From NCBI GenBank assembly GCA_045863335.1, contig BTVY01000003.1, positions 96,001-160,000 of the forward strand: a stretch of DNA of 64,000 bases, written 5' to 3'. Origin of the DNA: Candidatus Hydrogenedentota bacterium (GTDB taxonomy: Bacteria > Hydrogenedentota > Hydrogenedentia > Hydrogenedentales > SLHB01). The position numbers and the translations under genes were made by a program. The number at the start of each line of letters is the position of its first letter. Within the stretch, counting starts at the first letter, position 1. Below, piece after piece: positions 1 through 10,316 of the stretch. Under the pieces are notes generated by a model that worked only from the letters and a program-made list of their open reading frames with translations, searched no databases and was not told where the DNA came from.

Positions 1-275
1 ACGCGATTTAAGACGTCCTGAAGCTCGGGGATGCTCAACTCGCGGTTGTTCAACACGATCTGTCCGTCGTTACGCAGATTGATGATGATCTCACCGCGGG
101 TGCGTTCGCTCGTAACCGCCGAACTCGCCGTGGGCAACGCGATGTCGATCTCGCTTTCCAGCGAGGTGTACACGGCCGTCGTCATGAAGAACACCAGGGT
201 GAGAAACACGATGTCGATGAGCGGCGCGAGTTGGATTGTGTCCTCGGATTCGTGTGCGGGTTTGCCGAACTTCAT
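1..275 (-). CDS. exbD: ExbD/TolR biopolymer transport protein (3' end runs off the window)
   Basis: Manual translation from ATG at 275: MKFGKPAHESEDTIQLAPLIDIVFLTLVFFMTTA, the ExbD 'PLID.VF..L.FFM' motif. The start overlaps the exbB stop (ATGA). Confidence 0.88.
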   Translation of the reverse strand, partial: MKFGKPAHESEDTIQLAPLIDIVFLTLVFFMTTAVYTSLESEIDIALPTASSAVTSERTRGEIIINLRNDGQIVLNNRELSIPELQDVLNR

Positions 276-1072
276 CGTCCCGCGCCTCCCGCGAGCAGTT
301 CGATGAACTCGGTCGCCTGCGCTTCCACTTCGGCCACAATCTTCACGACCCGCCCGCGCAGGTAGTAGTACATCACCATGCACGGAATCGCGAGCATCAG
401 TCCTGCCGCCGTGGTGATCATCGCCTGCGCCACGTTGTAGGCCATCACCAGGCTGCGCGCTTCGGAATCGTTCAACGCCATCGCGCTGAAGGCGCCAATC
501 ATGCCCCAGACCGTGCCGAGCAGACCCAGCAGGGGAGCGATCGTGCCAATGTTGTTCAGATAGGAAATCTTCTGCCACAACGCCGCGGAACCGCGTTCGC
601 CCTCGCTCTCCATGGCTTCCTGAATGACGTAACGGTCATGGCCGTGCATCTTCAGTCCGGCGCGCAGGACGTTCGCGATCAGCTCGTCCCGGTCCTCGCA
701 CATCTGGTAAGCCCCACGCAGGTCGCCTGCGCGAATTTGGTTGTGGGCGCGTTTGATGAATTGGGCCGGCACCTCGCGCCGCGGTGTCACCGTGAGGAAA
801 CAGTAAATCGCCATGATGGCGGCTACGACGCTAAGTCCCACGATGATTGCCAGGATCAACCCGCCTTCCCGCAGCATGTCCCATAAGGTGAGCTGTTTGA
901 GTTCGTCGGGTCGCGAATCTGCCGCAACTTCGGCGGCTGTCTCCGCTTCCCCGCTTGCCGATTGCGCCGATGCATCCGCCGTGTCAGTGGGAGTGTCTTG
1001 AGCGATTACCACCCCTGTCATCACCAGCAAGACCAGCAAGATGCACGCCCCGAACTTAGCAGGCAAGGTCAT
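272..1072 (-). CDS. exbB: MotA/TolQ/ExbB proton channel protein
   Basis: Motifs APLLGLLGTVWGMIGAF and AQAMITTAAGL, an N-terminal signal peptide, and the adjacent exbD. Confidence 0.9.
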   Translation of the reverse strand: MTLPAKFGACILLVLLVMTGVVIAQDTPTDTADASAQSASGEAETAAEVAADSRPDELKQLTLWDMLREGGLILAIIVGLSVVAAIMAIYCFLTVTPRREVPAQFIKRAHNQIRAGDLRGAYQMCEDRDELIANVLRAGLKMHGHDRYVIQEAMESEGERGSAALWQKISYLNNIGTIAPLLGLLGTVWGMIGAFSAMALNDSEARSLVMAYNVAQAMITTAAGLMLAIPCMVMYYYLRGRVVKIVAEVEAQATEFIELLAGGAGR

Positions 1073-1289
1073 TTTCGGTATCTCCCATTCTTGACGGATA
1101 CGCTGTGGGTTTATGTTTGCCGCTCATAAGGTTAATTAGAGATTACACGAGACGCAAATCGGTCGCCGAAAACAGTTAACAGTATTATGCCGGGAGTGGT
1201 TGCAAAGTTGCAATTCGGCCTTTCGCAATGGGTTAGGAAGAGAGATTTTCGCCAACGTAATCTTTAATTGACGTGGACTAGGTCTACGA

Positions 1290-2426
1290 TTAGGGCATAA
1301 CCGCCGCCGGGCTTCCAACAAGCTCACCGTAGAGAGCCTCATACTGGCCGATGATCGCCGCTTCGGAAAAGCATTGCACCGCCCGTTCTCGACCCCTTCG
1401 ACCCATTTCGCGCGCCCAGTTTGGGTCAGTGAGAATCTCGATGGCGCGCACCGCCATCGATTCCGTGTCGCCAACTTCACAGAGGTACCCGGTAATCCCA
1501 TTCTCAACCACTTCGCGGACACCTCCGCTGTCGGTTCCGATTACCGGCACTTCGCAGGCCATGGCCTCCAGAGGAACCAACCCGAAGCTTTCATGCTCGC
1601 TGGGTTGCATGATGAGGTCCGCGCAGGGGATGAGGGATTCGATGGCCTCGTGGTTGCCCAGGTACTTTACGCGGTCGGTGAGCCCGAGTTGTTTGGCGAC
1701 CCCAACCGCGGACATGCGTTCGGGGCCGTCGCCGACCATAATCAGCCGTGCCGGAACCTGGTCGCTGATTTTCTTGAAGGCCCGGATCACATCCGTAACA
1801 CGTTTCACCGGCCGGAAGTTGGAGATGTGCATCACAATCTTCTCGTCCTTCTCGGCCAGCTTACAGCGCTCGGCGGGAGACGCATTAAACTTGTCCATGT
1901 TCAGGAAGTTGTAGATCGTCCGTACCGGCTTGGACAATGCGAACTCGCGTTCGGTCTCCTCGCTGAGCCAATGAGATACCGCCGTGACGGCGTCGCTGCT
2001 TTCCATGCCGTACTTGGTAATGCGAAAGAACGACGGGTCGGAACCTACGAGGGTGATGTCGGTCCCGTGTAGAGTGGTTACGAGTTTGAATCGCTTCTCC
2101 GGCGGGAGCATGTCGCGCGCGAGGATGGCGCACACGGCGTGGGGGATCGCATAGTGCGCATGCCACAGCTCGATGTTGTGCTCCAGCGCCACCTCGGAGA
2201 TCTTCGTGGCGAGCGCCAGGGAGTAGGGCGGATTGCGGAATAACGGATACGATACGATATCCACCGAGTGCGCGAAGATGTTGTCGTGAAACCCCTGCAA
2301 CCGGAATGGCGATTCATACGTCACGAAATGAACGGTATGCCCCCGTTCCGCAAGGGCGATTCCCAGCTCGGTCGCGAGGATTCCGCTGCCACCGGCGGAC
2401 GCATGGCAGGTTATGCCGATTCGCAT
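1290..2426 (-). CDS. bshA: N-acetyl-alpha-D-glucosaminyl L-malate synthase (GT4)
   Basis: GGSGILATELG, HAHYAIPHA, TTLHGTDIT, HISNFRPVKR, ESFGL; operonic with bshB1 and bshC. Confidence 0.95.
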   Translation of the reverse strand: MRIGITCHASAGGSGILATELGIALAERGHTVHFVTYESPFRLQGFHDNIFAHSVDIVSYPLFRNPPYSLALATKISEVALEHNIELWHAHYAIPHAVCAILARDMLPPEKRFKLVTTLHGTDITLVGSDPSFFRITKYGMESSDAVTAVSHWLSEETEREFALSKPVRTIYNFLNMDKFNASPAERCKLAEKDEKIVMHISNFRPVKRVTDVIRAFKKISDQVPARLIMVGDGPERMSAVGVAKQLGLTDRVKYLGNHEAIESLIPCADLIMQPSEHESFGLVPLEAMACEVPVIGTDSGGVREVVENGITGYLCEVGDTESMAVRAIEILTDPNWAREMGRRGRERAVQCFSEAAIIGQYEALYGELVGSPAAVMP

Positions 2427-3145
2427 GGCGATCCTTCCAGACCCGGCGGCAATGCAGCCCGGATCGGTTCCCGCGTGTAGAGGGGCTCCCCGTAGGTTAC
2501 GCCGATTTGGTTACCCCAATACAACGCGCGCGTGTGAATGAAGGTCCAGAACGCCTCCGACGATACATAGGTCGCGGTACCCGCGTATTCCGGATTGAAG
2601 AACTGCGTGCGATAGGCGCGCAACGCGGCCATCTTGTCGTCGAATGTCTCCGACACGTCGATCACCAACGAAGGCCGATCAGGGTCGCGATACACGCGGT
2701 AACAATACACCGTGGCCGCGCGATGCGGCTCGTCGCCTTCAATCTTTGACAGTCCGGCTAAGTAGTTGGCGTCCCGCACGAGGTCGTGGGCGGCCCCGTG
2801 ATCGGGATGCCGATCGTAGGCATCGGGGATAAACAACACGCGCGCGCGAAACGACCGTAGCAGCGGAATGAGTGTTTTCTGGAACTCGGTCGAGTTCGTA
2901 AGGCCCCCATCCGGAAGCCCCGCGTTTTCCCGTCGGCTAACGCCGAGGATTCGAGCGGCTTCAGCGGATTCCCCAGCACGCGACTCGACCGTACCGCGCG
3001 ACGCCATCTCTCCGCGGGTGAGATCGAGAATGCCGACACGGTACCCGGCCAACACCATCTTGCGGACCAGACCTCCGATCCCGACTTCCACGTCGTCGGG
3101 ATGCGCGCCGACACACAAGGCGTCTACCTGCTGTGATGCGTTCAT
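2411..3145 (-). CDS. bshB1: Bacillithiol biosynthesis deacetylase (PIG-L family)
   Basis: GAHPDDVE, DLTRGEMASRGT..R..E, RHPDH. Confidence 0.93.
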   Translation of the reverse strand: MNASQQVDALCVGAHPDDVEVGIGGLVRKMVLAGYRVGILDLTRGEMASRGTVESRAGESAEAARILGVSRRENAGLPDGGLTNSTEFQKTLIPLLRSFRARVLFIPDAYDRHPDHGAAHDLVRDANYLAGLSKIEGDEPHRAATVYCYRVYRDPDRPSLVIDVSETFDDKMAALRAYRTQFFNPEYAGTATYVSSEAFWTFIHTRALYWGNQIGVTYGEPLYTREPIRAALPPGLEGSPCESA

Positions 3146-3167
3146 CGTGTACGCGCTCTCCCCAAGG

Positions 3168-4703
3168 TCAAAGTTCTACTTCGTTCATTGAGAATCTTTC
3201 GATATCGAGGTCGTTCATCAACCGGTCGATCAATCCCCATCCCTGCCGGAAAAGAAACGAGAATACCGTGTAGAACCGTTCCTGCGGTTTGCGGCCGGGC
3301 GCGAGGGAATTACACAGGCGATTCAATTGCTGGGTCGTGGCCTGGAGCGCTGACTCGTCTGCCCGCAGGAGCCCGCGTTCGTAGCGATCCAGTTCGAGCC
3401 CGATGCGTTCGCGAAGCTGCCCTGTCATGTCGCCCATGTTCAAGTCGCGCTCCAACCGTTCGAGGGCGCCCTCGATCTCCGTTCGATGCGACCTGAACCG
3501 TTGGACCACCGCGCCGCTGGCGCCCGCGGCGAGCGAGCGCTCGAGCAACGCGTCGCTATCCTGATAGAGATCGTCAATGGTCAATCCGTGCTTGCGCAGC
3601 AGCTTGTTGAGCTTCAGGTCCGTGATGACCGCCCGCGCCCGCGGATAGACCACCGGCATTTGTTTGCCAAAGTGTTTGAAGACGGGTTTCAGTTGCGCCC
3701 AGTAGGCAATTTCCCCCGGACCGGCCACGTAGGCGGCCGCGGGGAAGAGTTGTTGCTGCACGATACATCGCAGGGTCACGTTCGGGCTGAAGCGTTCGGG
3801 TTCTGAACGCAAAACGCCCAGCAGTTCCGATTCGGAAAACTCCTGATTCGCCTCCGGCACGGTGAAATGGCCATCCTCGTATGCAACCTTGCGCCGTTTG
3901 CCATCGACCTCGAGAAAGAAGTTGCACGAGTTGCTGTCTTTGACGACCTGTACTTCGTAGCCCATGGCCCCGAGGCGGGCGCCGGTGTCGTTGAGGATGC
4001 GCGTGTCTTCCAAGGGATTCGCGATGGCCGTCTCCATAACAGGAATGGCCAGGGAACGGGCCACCGGCAGTTCCGGCGTGAAGAGGACAAGCGGCGTGTT
4101 CCGAAACAACCGCGCCAGGATTCGGACCGACCAATCGGCCAGTGAGGACGACACGTCCAGAGACTCGTGCAAAAAAGCCTGCACTTCGTCCCGGTGTTCC
4201 GAACCCGCGGCCGCGTCGGCGGCGCGGTCGATTAGATGCTTCAGCGACGGTTCCAGAGGCACGCGGTACATGGGAAGTCCCGCCACGTCGGCCCCGGGTT
4301 GGTACCGCAAAGTGACCGGTTCGTGAAGCTTGGAGAGTACGTGGGTGATGGAAGCTTCTTCGAAATCGTGATCTTCGCTCCCGACCCAGAACACGGGAAC
4401 GTATCGGGTGCCGTGCTTTTCGGTGAGGGACTCTGCAAGCTTGACCGTCGTTACAGCCTTATAGATCGTGTAGAGCGGTCCGCTGAGTAGTCCCGGCTGC
4501 TGGCCGGTCACGATAACCGGCTCGTCGCCCTGGAAGTTGGCGTTGCTGCCGACTTCCCCTTGGTACGCGCGCAATCTCTCCACCAGGGTCGGGTCCCAAG
4601 CCATGCGTGCTGCGGGTTGTTCAAACAACGCCCCAGGCCGGCCCGCGTAGAAGCGGAGCAAGTCTTCGGATTCCTGGATATAGTCCGTTGCGATATCCGT
4701 CAC
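3168..4703 (-). CDS. bshC: Bacillithiol biosynthesis cysteine-adding enzyme
   Basis: VTGQQPGLLSGPLYTIYKA, SEDHDFEE, RFSPNV.LR, YVAGPGEIAYWAQL, PQER. Confidence 0.95.
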   Translation of the reverse strand: MTDIATDYIQESEDLLRFYAGRPGALFEQPAARMAWDPTLVERLRAYQGEVGSNANFQGDEPVIVTGQQPGLLSGPLYTIYKAVTTVKLAESLTEKHGTRYVPVFWVGSEDHDFEEASITHVLSKLHEPVTLRYQPGADVAGLPMYRVPLEPSLKHLIDRAADAAAGSEHRDEVQAFLHESLDVSSSLADWSVRILARLFRNTPLVLFTPELPVARSLAIPVMETAIANPLEDTRILNDTGARLGAMGYEVQVVKDSNSCNFFLEVDGKRRKVAYEDGHFTVPEANQEFSESELLGVLRSEPERFSPNVTLRCIVQQQLFPAAAYVAGPGEIAYWAQLKPVFKHFGKQMPVVYPRARAVITDLKLNKLLRKHGLTIDDLYQDSDALLERSLAAGASGAVVQRFRSHRTEIEGALERLERDLNMGDMTGQLRERIGLELDRYERGLLRADESALQATTQQLNRLCNSLAPGRKPQERFYTVFSFLFRQGWGLIDRLMNDLDIERFSMNEVEL

Positions 4704-4706
4704 GCG

Positions 4707-5459
4707 CTATTCCTTATGTCCGGCAACCAGGATTCGAGGGCTTGCATCGGTGTGCAAATTTCCCGTGTGATCGCCGTAGACATGGTCGACTCGCAGTCCG
4801 CATTTCCCCAATAGGTCTTGCAGTTCGCACCGCCCGTACAGGCGCACAGACTCCTCACTCCGGTGAACTTTCACCCCGTCTCGAAACACGTGGGTAGTCT
4901 TGTTTATTCGGGAGCGCTCTTCGTCAATCCACCGGCGCTCCTGAATTTCATAGTCGCCCTGCGTTCGGGCGCTGGCCGGCACCAGCGTCGCGCGCAAATG
5001 CGTAGGGTTCGCGTGATCCAAAAAGAAGCGCCCGTCTCTCCGAAGCACCCGGGCAATTTCTTGAAGAACCAGCGCGTTCTCGTGTTCGTCGTCAAAGTAC
5101 CCGAAACTCGTGAAGAAGCTCGTGACCACATCGAATGTATTCGCGAACGGGATCTGCCTCATGTCTGCTCGCACGAGAGATGCTGCGGAACCCAGGGTGG
5201 CCCGTGCCCGGGTGAGCAGCGCGGGGGAGTAGTCCAATCCAAAGGTACAGTTTGAAATCCGCGCCATGTGGTAGAGATGACGGCCGGTGCCGCAGCACAA
5301 GTCGAGCACCCGATCTTCCCGGGTCACCGAAAGGACCGAAGCTGCGAACGCGACTTCGGGTTGGGCAGCTTCGATCGTCCGGTGCGCATAGACGATTTCG
5401 TAGTAGTCCCCAAAGGCGTCCTCATACCAGGTCGGTGATATATGATGGGGAACGTCCAT
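4707..5459 (-). CDS. Class I SAM-dependent methyltransferase (candidate NmbA-like bacillithiol N-methyltransferase)
   Basis: VLDLCCGTGRH, ADMRQIPF, FTSFGYF; ends 3 bp before bshC starts. Confidence 0.85.
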   Translation of the reverse strand: MDVPHHISPTWYEDAFGDYYEIVYAHRTIEAAQPEVAFAASVLSVTREDRVLDLCCGTGRHLYHMARISNCTFGLDYSPALLTRARATLGSAASLVRADMRQIPFANTFDVVTSFFTSFGYFDDEHENALVLQEIARVLRRDGRFFLDHANPTHLRATLVPASARTQGDYEIQERRWIDEERSRINKTTHVFRDGVKVHRSEESVRLYGRCELQDLLGKCGLRVDHVYGDHTGNLHTDASPRILVAGHKE

Positions 5460-5465
5460 GGAGGA

Positions 5466-6923
5466 TCATGCTTGCACGGCGCGCGACTCGTTCTCGCCGA
5501 CGCGGTGCAGGTGGAGCAGATTGGTTCGGCCGCCCACCCCGAGCGGTGTGCCGGCCACGGTGACGATCGGATCGCCTGGCTGAGCCAGGTTCTTTTCGAG
5601 AACAATGCGGTCGATTACGTGAACCATGTCGTCCATACTCTCCACGACAGCCGATTGGACCGCGTCCACCCCCCAGATGAGCGCACACAGGCGGCGCGTC
5701 TCTTCGCTGAGCGTGATCGCCGTGATGGGAATGCGTGGACGGTATCTCGCGATCGTTTCCGCCGAGTATCCCGATTGCGTCAACACTACGATGTGGCGCA
5801 GATCCGTCACCTGTGTCATCCGGACCACGGCTTGTCCAATGGCATCCTTGAAGGATGCCTGCCGCTTGCCGCTGGAGAAGCGCTCTTGCGCCGGACGGTC
5901 AGGGGAAGTGGCAAGCGCTTCGTCGGCGCTCTCCGCGATCCTGGCCATGACCTGTACCGCTTCGACCGGGTACTTGCCGTTTGCCGTTTCGCCGGACAGC
6001 ATCACCGCGTCGGTACCGTCGTAGATGGCGTTGGCCACGTCATTCGCTTCCGCGCGCGTAGGGCGGGGGCTCGAGATCATGGACTCCAGCATCTGCGTCG
6101 CAGTAATTACGGGGATTCCACGATCGACGCACATGCGAATCAGTGACTTTTGAATTTGCGGTACGCGGTGCAATTCGACCTCAACGCCGAGATCGCCGCG
6201 TGCCACCATGATCCCGTCCGCCTCGTCCATGATCTCGTCGAAGCACGTCAAGGCTTCCGGGCGCTCGATCTTCGCAATAACGGGTGTCGTCTTATCCGCT
6301 TCGGCAATCCGTGTTTTTAGCCCGCGCACGTCTTCCGCACTGCGGACGAAGGACAAGGCCACGTAGTCGACGCCGAGATCGAGACCAAACGCGAGATCTT
6401 CGATATCCTTTTCCGTCATGGAGGGCGCGCTCACCGCAATGCCGGGCAAGTTCATGCCTTTGTGTTGCCCCAACATGCCGCCGCGCACCACGCGGCAATA
6501 TACTTCCGTATCCTTGACGTTCTCGACGGCCAACTCCATGGAGCCGTCGGCGATCAGAATTCGGGAATCCTTTCGGACATCCTGCGGCAGATTCTCGTAG
6601 GTCGTCGAGATTCGGCTCGCGTTGCCTTCGATGTCTTGGGTAGTGATGACAATCTTCGCGGAATTGCGAAGTTCCACCGGTTCTCCGTCGCGCAGGCGGC
6701 CGGTGCGGATCTTCGGTCCCTGGAGATCCATGAGAATCGCGATATTGGAGTCCTTGTCCGCGGCTACGCGCCGAAGGGTTTCGAAGACACGACGATGATC
6801 TTCGTGGCTGCCGTGGGAGAAGTTCAGCCGGGCAACGTTCATCCCGGCATCAATGAGGCGCCCGATGGTTTCTGCATCGTTTGAGCTGGGTCCTAGCGTG
6901 CAGACGATTTTCGTTCTTCGCAT
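5466..6923 (-). CDS. pyk: Pyruvate kinase
   Basis: RRTKIVCTLGP, ARLNFSHG, DLQGPKIR, MVARGDLGVE, ATQMLESM, DAVMLSGETA. Confidence 0.97.
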   Translation of the reverse strand: MRRTKIVCTLGPSSNDAETIGRLIDAGMNVARLNFSHGSHEDHRRVFETLRRVAADKDSNIAILMDLQGPKIRTGRLRDGEPVELRNSAKIVITTQDIEGNASRISTTYENLPQDVRKDSRILIADGSMELAVENVKDTEVYCRVVRGGMLGQHKGMNLPGIAVSAPSMTEKDIEDLAFGLDLGVDYVALSFVRSAEDVRGLKTRIAEADKTTPVIAKIERPEALTCFDEIMDEADGIMVARGDLGVEVELHRVPQIQKSLIRMCVDRGIPVITATQMLESMISSPRPTRAEANDVANAIYDGTDAVMLSGETANGKYPVEAVQVMARIAESADEALATSPDRPAQERFSSGKRQASFKDAIGQAVVRMTQVTDLRHIVVLTQSGYSAETIARYRPRIPITAITLSEETRRLCALIWGVDAVQSAVVESMDDMVHVIDRIVLEKNLAQPGDPIVTVAGTPLGVGGRTNLLHLHRVGENESRAVQA

Positions 6924-6965
6924 GGAACACCCCTATGCGTGCACAAACCGCGCTCGACGAGAACG

Positions 6966-8291
6966 TTACTCAGTGAACGCGGAGTAGATCGCGCGTACCG
7001 CGGAATCCAAATCCTTGTCTTCCACACCCACGATGATGTTGTTTTCAGAGGACCCCTGGTCGATGACGCGAATGTTCACGCTCGCATTCGCAAGCGCGCC
7101 GGTGAGCTTGGCCGCCACGCCGGTGTGACCGGCCATCCCTTGGCCGACCGTGGCGATGATCGCCAGACCGGGAGATAGGGAGACGCGGTCGGGCTGGCAC
7201 GTGCGTTCGATGGCTTTAAGCACCGCAGGACCGTGATTGGCGATTTCCTCGTCTCTCACAATGAGCGAAATCGTGTCGATGCCGGTCGGCATGTGTTCGA
7301 AGCTTACGCCGTGCTCTTCCAATACGGTGAGCACCCGGCGGCCAAATCCACGCTCCTTGTTCATCAGCGCCTTCTCGATATTGATCATCGTGAAACCCGA
7401 CCGGCCTGCCACACCGCAGATAATATCTTTCGATTCGCGCGCCGGGAGGATCATGGTCCCGGGATTGTCGGGATCCTTGGTGTTGCGGATATTGATGGGG
7501 ATGCCCGAATCGCGCACGGGGAAGATGGCTTCATCATGAAGGACCTGCGCCCCCATGTAGGCCAACTCGCGCAACTCCTGGTACGTAACCTCGTCGATGC
7601 GTTTGGCGCCCGGCACGATGCGCGGATCAGCCATGAGGAAACCCGATACGTCTGTCCAATTCTCGTACAGGCGCGATTTCGATGCGCGCGCCACGATCGC
7701 GCCGGTCACATCGCTGCCGCCACGGGAAAAGGTCCGAATCCGTCCGTCCGGCATGGAACCATAGAAACCCGGTATGACGAAACGTGTATCGCCTTTTAGT
7801 TTTGCGCCGAGCAGATCGTAGGTGACGGGATCGAGCAACCCTTCGTCGTCGAACTTGATGCACTCCGCCGGATCCACAAAAACGGCGCCCAACAATTTCG
7901 CGAGCAATTGACCGTTCAAGTACTCGCCGCGCGACGCCATGTAGTCCGGCGTGTCGTATTTCGCCGCTTCCTTGGCAATCTCTTCAAGCAGATCGTGCAC
8001 GGGAAACGCAATCTTGAGTTCCGTCGCAAGTTGCTCAAACCGGGCCGCGATCATCCCTCGCGGTTGGCTGGCGTCCAGATCTTGTCGCAGGAGATTGTGC
8101 CACGCGTACAAGAGATCCGTTATTTTCTTATCGTCGGGGCGGCGCTTGCCCGGCGCGGATGGCACGATGTGCTTGCGTTCATCGCTCGACAGGATGATTT
8201 TTTCGACTGCCCGGAAACAGTCGGAATCCGCTAAAGAACTTCCCCCGAATTTGCACGTAATCTGGCTCATGGCGGTACTGTGTGACTCCAT
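6966..8291 (-). CDS. lysC: Aspartate kinase with two ACT domains
   Basis: KFGGSSLA, VPSAPGK, FSRGGSDVTGA, WTDVSG, ELRELAYMGA.VLH. Confidence 0.93.
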   Translation of the reverse strand: MESHSTAMSQITCKFGGSSLADSDCFRAVEKIILSSDERKHIVPSAPGKRRPDDKKITDLLYAWHNLLRQDLDASQPRGMIAARFEQLATELKIAFPVHDLLEEIAKEAAKYDTPDYMASRGEYLNGQLLAKLLGAVFVDPAECIKFDDEGLLDPVTYDLLGAKLKGDTRFVIPGFYGSMPDGRIRTFSRGGSDVTGAIVARASKSRLYENWTDVSGFLMADPRIVPGAKRIDEVTYQELRELAYMGAQVLHDEAIFPVRDSGIPINIRNTKDPDNPGTMILPARESKDIICGVAGRSGFTMINIEKALMNKERGFGRRVLTVLEEHGVSFEHMPTGIDTISLIVRDEEIANHGPAVLKAIERTCQPDRVSLSPGLAIIATVGQGMAGHTGVAAKLTGALANASVNIRVIDQGSSENNIIVGVEDKDLDSAVRAIYSAFTE

Positions 8292-8356
8292 CTCGTCGTC
8301 CGCGCGAACGCGGAACTCGCTATTGGCAAACGGGGCCTACATGCCCCGATCGATGT

Positions 8357-10315
8357 CTACGGCAAGAATGTGTCGAAGAAATAACGCTTGATATCGTTGA
8401 ACGTGACGAACAGCATCAACGCGATAATCAGGACTAGCCCAGCCTGTTGCACCCACTCCATGACGCGCGGACTCACGGGCTTGCGACGCACGCCCTCGAT
8501 GGTCAAGAAGACCAGGTGTCCCCCGTCGAGCACCGGCAGTGGCAGTAGATTGAACACGGCCAGGTTGATGCTGATGAACGCCGTGATTTCGAGCAACCAC
8601 GAATAGCCGATGCGCGCAGCCTGTGTCGTAATCTGGAAGATCATGACAGGGCCGCCGATGTCGTTCACCTTCAACCCGCCCGTCACCAGCAGCTCAAGCG
8701 TGCGCACGGTGCGGGTCAACGCCTGCCACGACAGATGAAACGCCTCGGGGATCACCTCTGACGGCGCGGCGCGATGAAACACCATCTTCGGCGCCCACGT
8801 TACGCCGACCTGTCCCGTGGGTACGACTGGCAACGTGACTTCCCGTGTTTCTCCTTCGCGCAGCACGCCAAAGCCGACCTCTGGAGTGCGCACGGTCAAC
8901 GTCACTGTCTCCCCAGGCCGGTCTTCAATGACGCCAAGGCCTTCCACGGTTGCCGGCTCGCCGTCGATCGCTTCGACGACGTCGTTGCGGAGCAATCCAG
9001 TCGCTTTCTGAACCTCATCGCTCAAATCCGCAATCACCGGTTTTGCCTGAAGATCGTAGGATGTCACCGCCTGCCGGATCTGGGCGAGCGTCAGTTGATT
9101 CTCCAGTTCTTCTGTTGAACCGCCGAAGAGTCCCGATTCGCGCTGAATGGTTACAGTGAGCGGTTCTGTCGAGCCGGATTCCGCCAAATCGCTCAACAAG
9201 CGCACATCGGCGGGCTGCCCATTGATGGTCTTGATCACGTCGCCGGTTTCCAGTTTGGTCGATCCAAGAAATCCGGGATCGGCGAAGAGCACGCTAAGCG
9301 ATTTGGGATCCGGCACAGCCAAGTACGAATGGGGCGCGGCAAACTGTAGGTCTTCGAACTGCCCAACGATGGCAGGCGTGATCGTTATGTCGACGGTTTC
9401 ATCTTCACGAAGCACCTTGAGTTCAATGGGGTTCTCGCCGGGATTCTCACTGACCATTTTGGTGAAGGTCTGGGAATCGACGATCTGTCCATTAGCGTGC
9501 GTGATAACGTCGTCGGCTTGAAGTCCTGCCTTGTCCGCGGCCGAGCCTTCGAGGACGCGTCCGACCAGGGCTGTCTGAAATGGCGCAACGCCGAACTGGG
9601 GATGATCTTCCTCCGTCTCGCGAATCGGTTGAACCTGCGAATGGTAGCGCGTCGTTTCGCCCGACGGGCCTGTGCGTTCGATCTCAATCCGCATCGGCTC
9701 GCCCGCGCTCAACACGGCATCGATAGCGACGTCGCTGATGTTGGCGACGGGCTTCCCATTGATGCTGACAATCCGGTCCCCTGTTTGCCACCCGAAGGCG
9801 TCCGGCTCTCCCGTGAGGTTTGCCGTTCCTCCATCCGGAATCTCAAACAGTGTGGCCGTCGCCGCGGGAGAATCGGGCCGGACCATGCCGATCCGGTTAT
9901 CGACCTTGTACTCCGGCACGTTGGCGCCAACGGCCGCAACGATTCCATACAAGAGCACCGCAAGGACGAGGTTCATGAATGGTCCCGCTGCGATTACGAT
10001 GACCCGTTGCCACACGGGCTTGTTTGAAAACCACCGCTCCGGCGGAATGTTGCCGTATTGCTCCTTGCGTTCATCATCGCTCAAGGGAACGTCTTCCTGC
10101 CCCGCCATCTTGACGTATCCCCCAATGGGGAGGAGGCCGATGCAATAGTCCGTCTCGCCGAACCGGAACCCGAACAGGCGCGGCGGCATGCCGAGGCTGA
10201 ATCGCTCGCAATAGATTCCGCAGGCTTTCGCAGCGAGGAAATGGCCCATTTCATGGAAGAAGACCAACTCCCCCAGTACAACGATGAAAACGACGATATT
10301 AAACAGATAATCCAA
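8357..10315 (-). CDS. rseP: RIP metalloprotease RseP (M50) with an extended PDZ region
   Basis: HEMGH zinc motif, LPIGGYVKM, AGPFMN, NLLPLPVLDGG; directly downstream of dxr. Confidence 0.93.
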   Translation of the reverse strand: MDYLFNIVVFIVVLGELVFFHEMGHFLAAKACGIYCERFSLGMPPRLFGFRFGETDYCIGLLPIGGYVKMAGQEDVPLSDDERKEQYGNIPPERWFSNKPVWQRVIVIAAGPFMNLVLAVLLYGIVAAVGANVPEYKVDNRIGMVRPDSPAATATLFEIPDGGTANLTGEPDAFGWQTGDRIVSINGKPVANISDVAIDAVLSAGEPMRIEIERTGPSGETTRYHSQVQPIRETEEDHPQFGVAPFQTALVGRVLEGSAADKAGLQADDVITHANGQIVDSQTFTKMVSENPGENPIELKVLREDETVDITITPAIVGQFEDLQFAAPHSYLAVPDPKSLSVLFADPGFLGSTKLETGDVIKTINGQPADVRLLSDLAESGSTEPLTVTIQRESGLFGGSTEELENQLTLAQIRQAVTSYDLQAKPVIADLSDEVQKATGLLRNDVVEAIDGEPATVEGLGVIEDRPGETVTLTVRTPEVGFGVLREGETREVTLPVVPTGQVGVTWAPKMVFHRAAPSEVIPEAFHLSWQALTRTVRTLELLVTGGLKVNDIGGPVMIFQITTQAARIGYSWLLEITAFISINLAVFNLLPLPVLDGGHLVFLTIEGVRRKPVSPRVMEWVQQAGLVLIIALMLFVTFNDIKRYFFDTFLP

Positions 10316-10316
10316 T

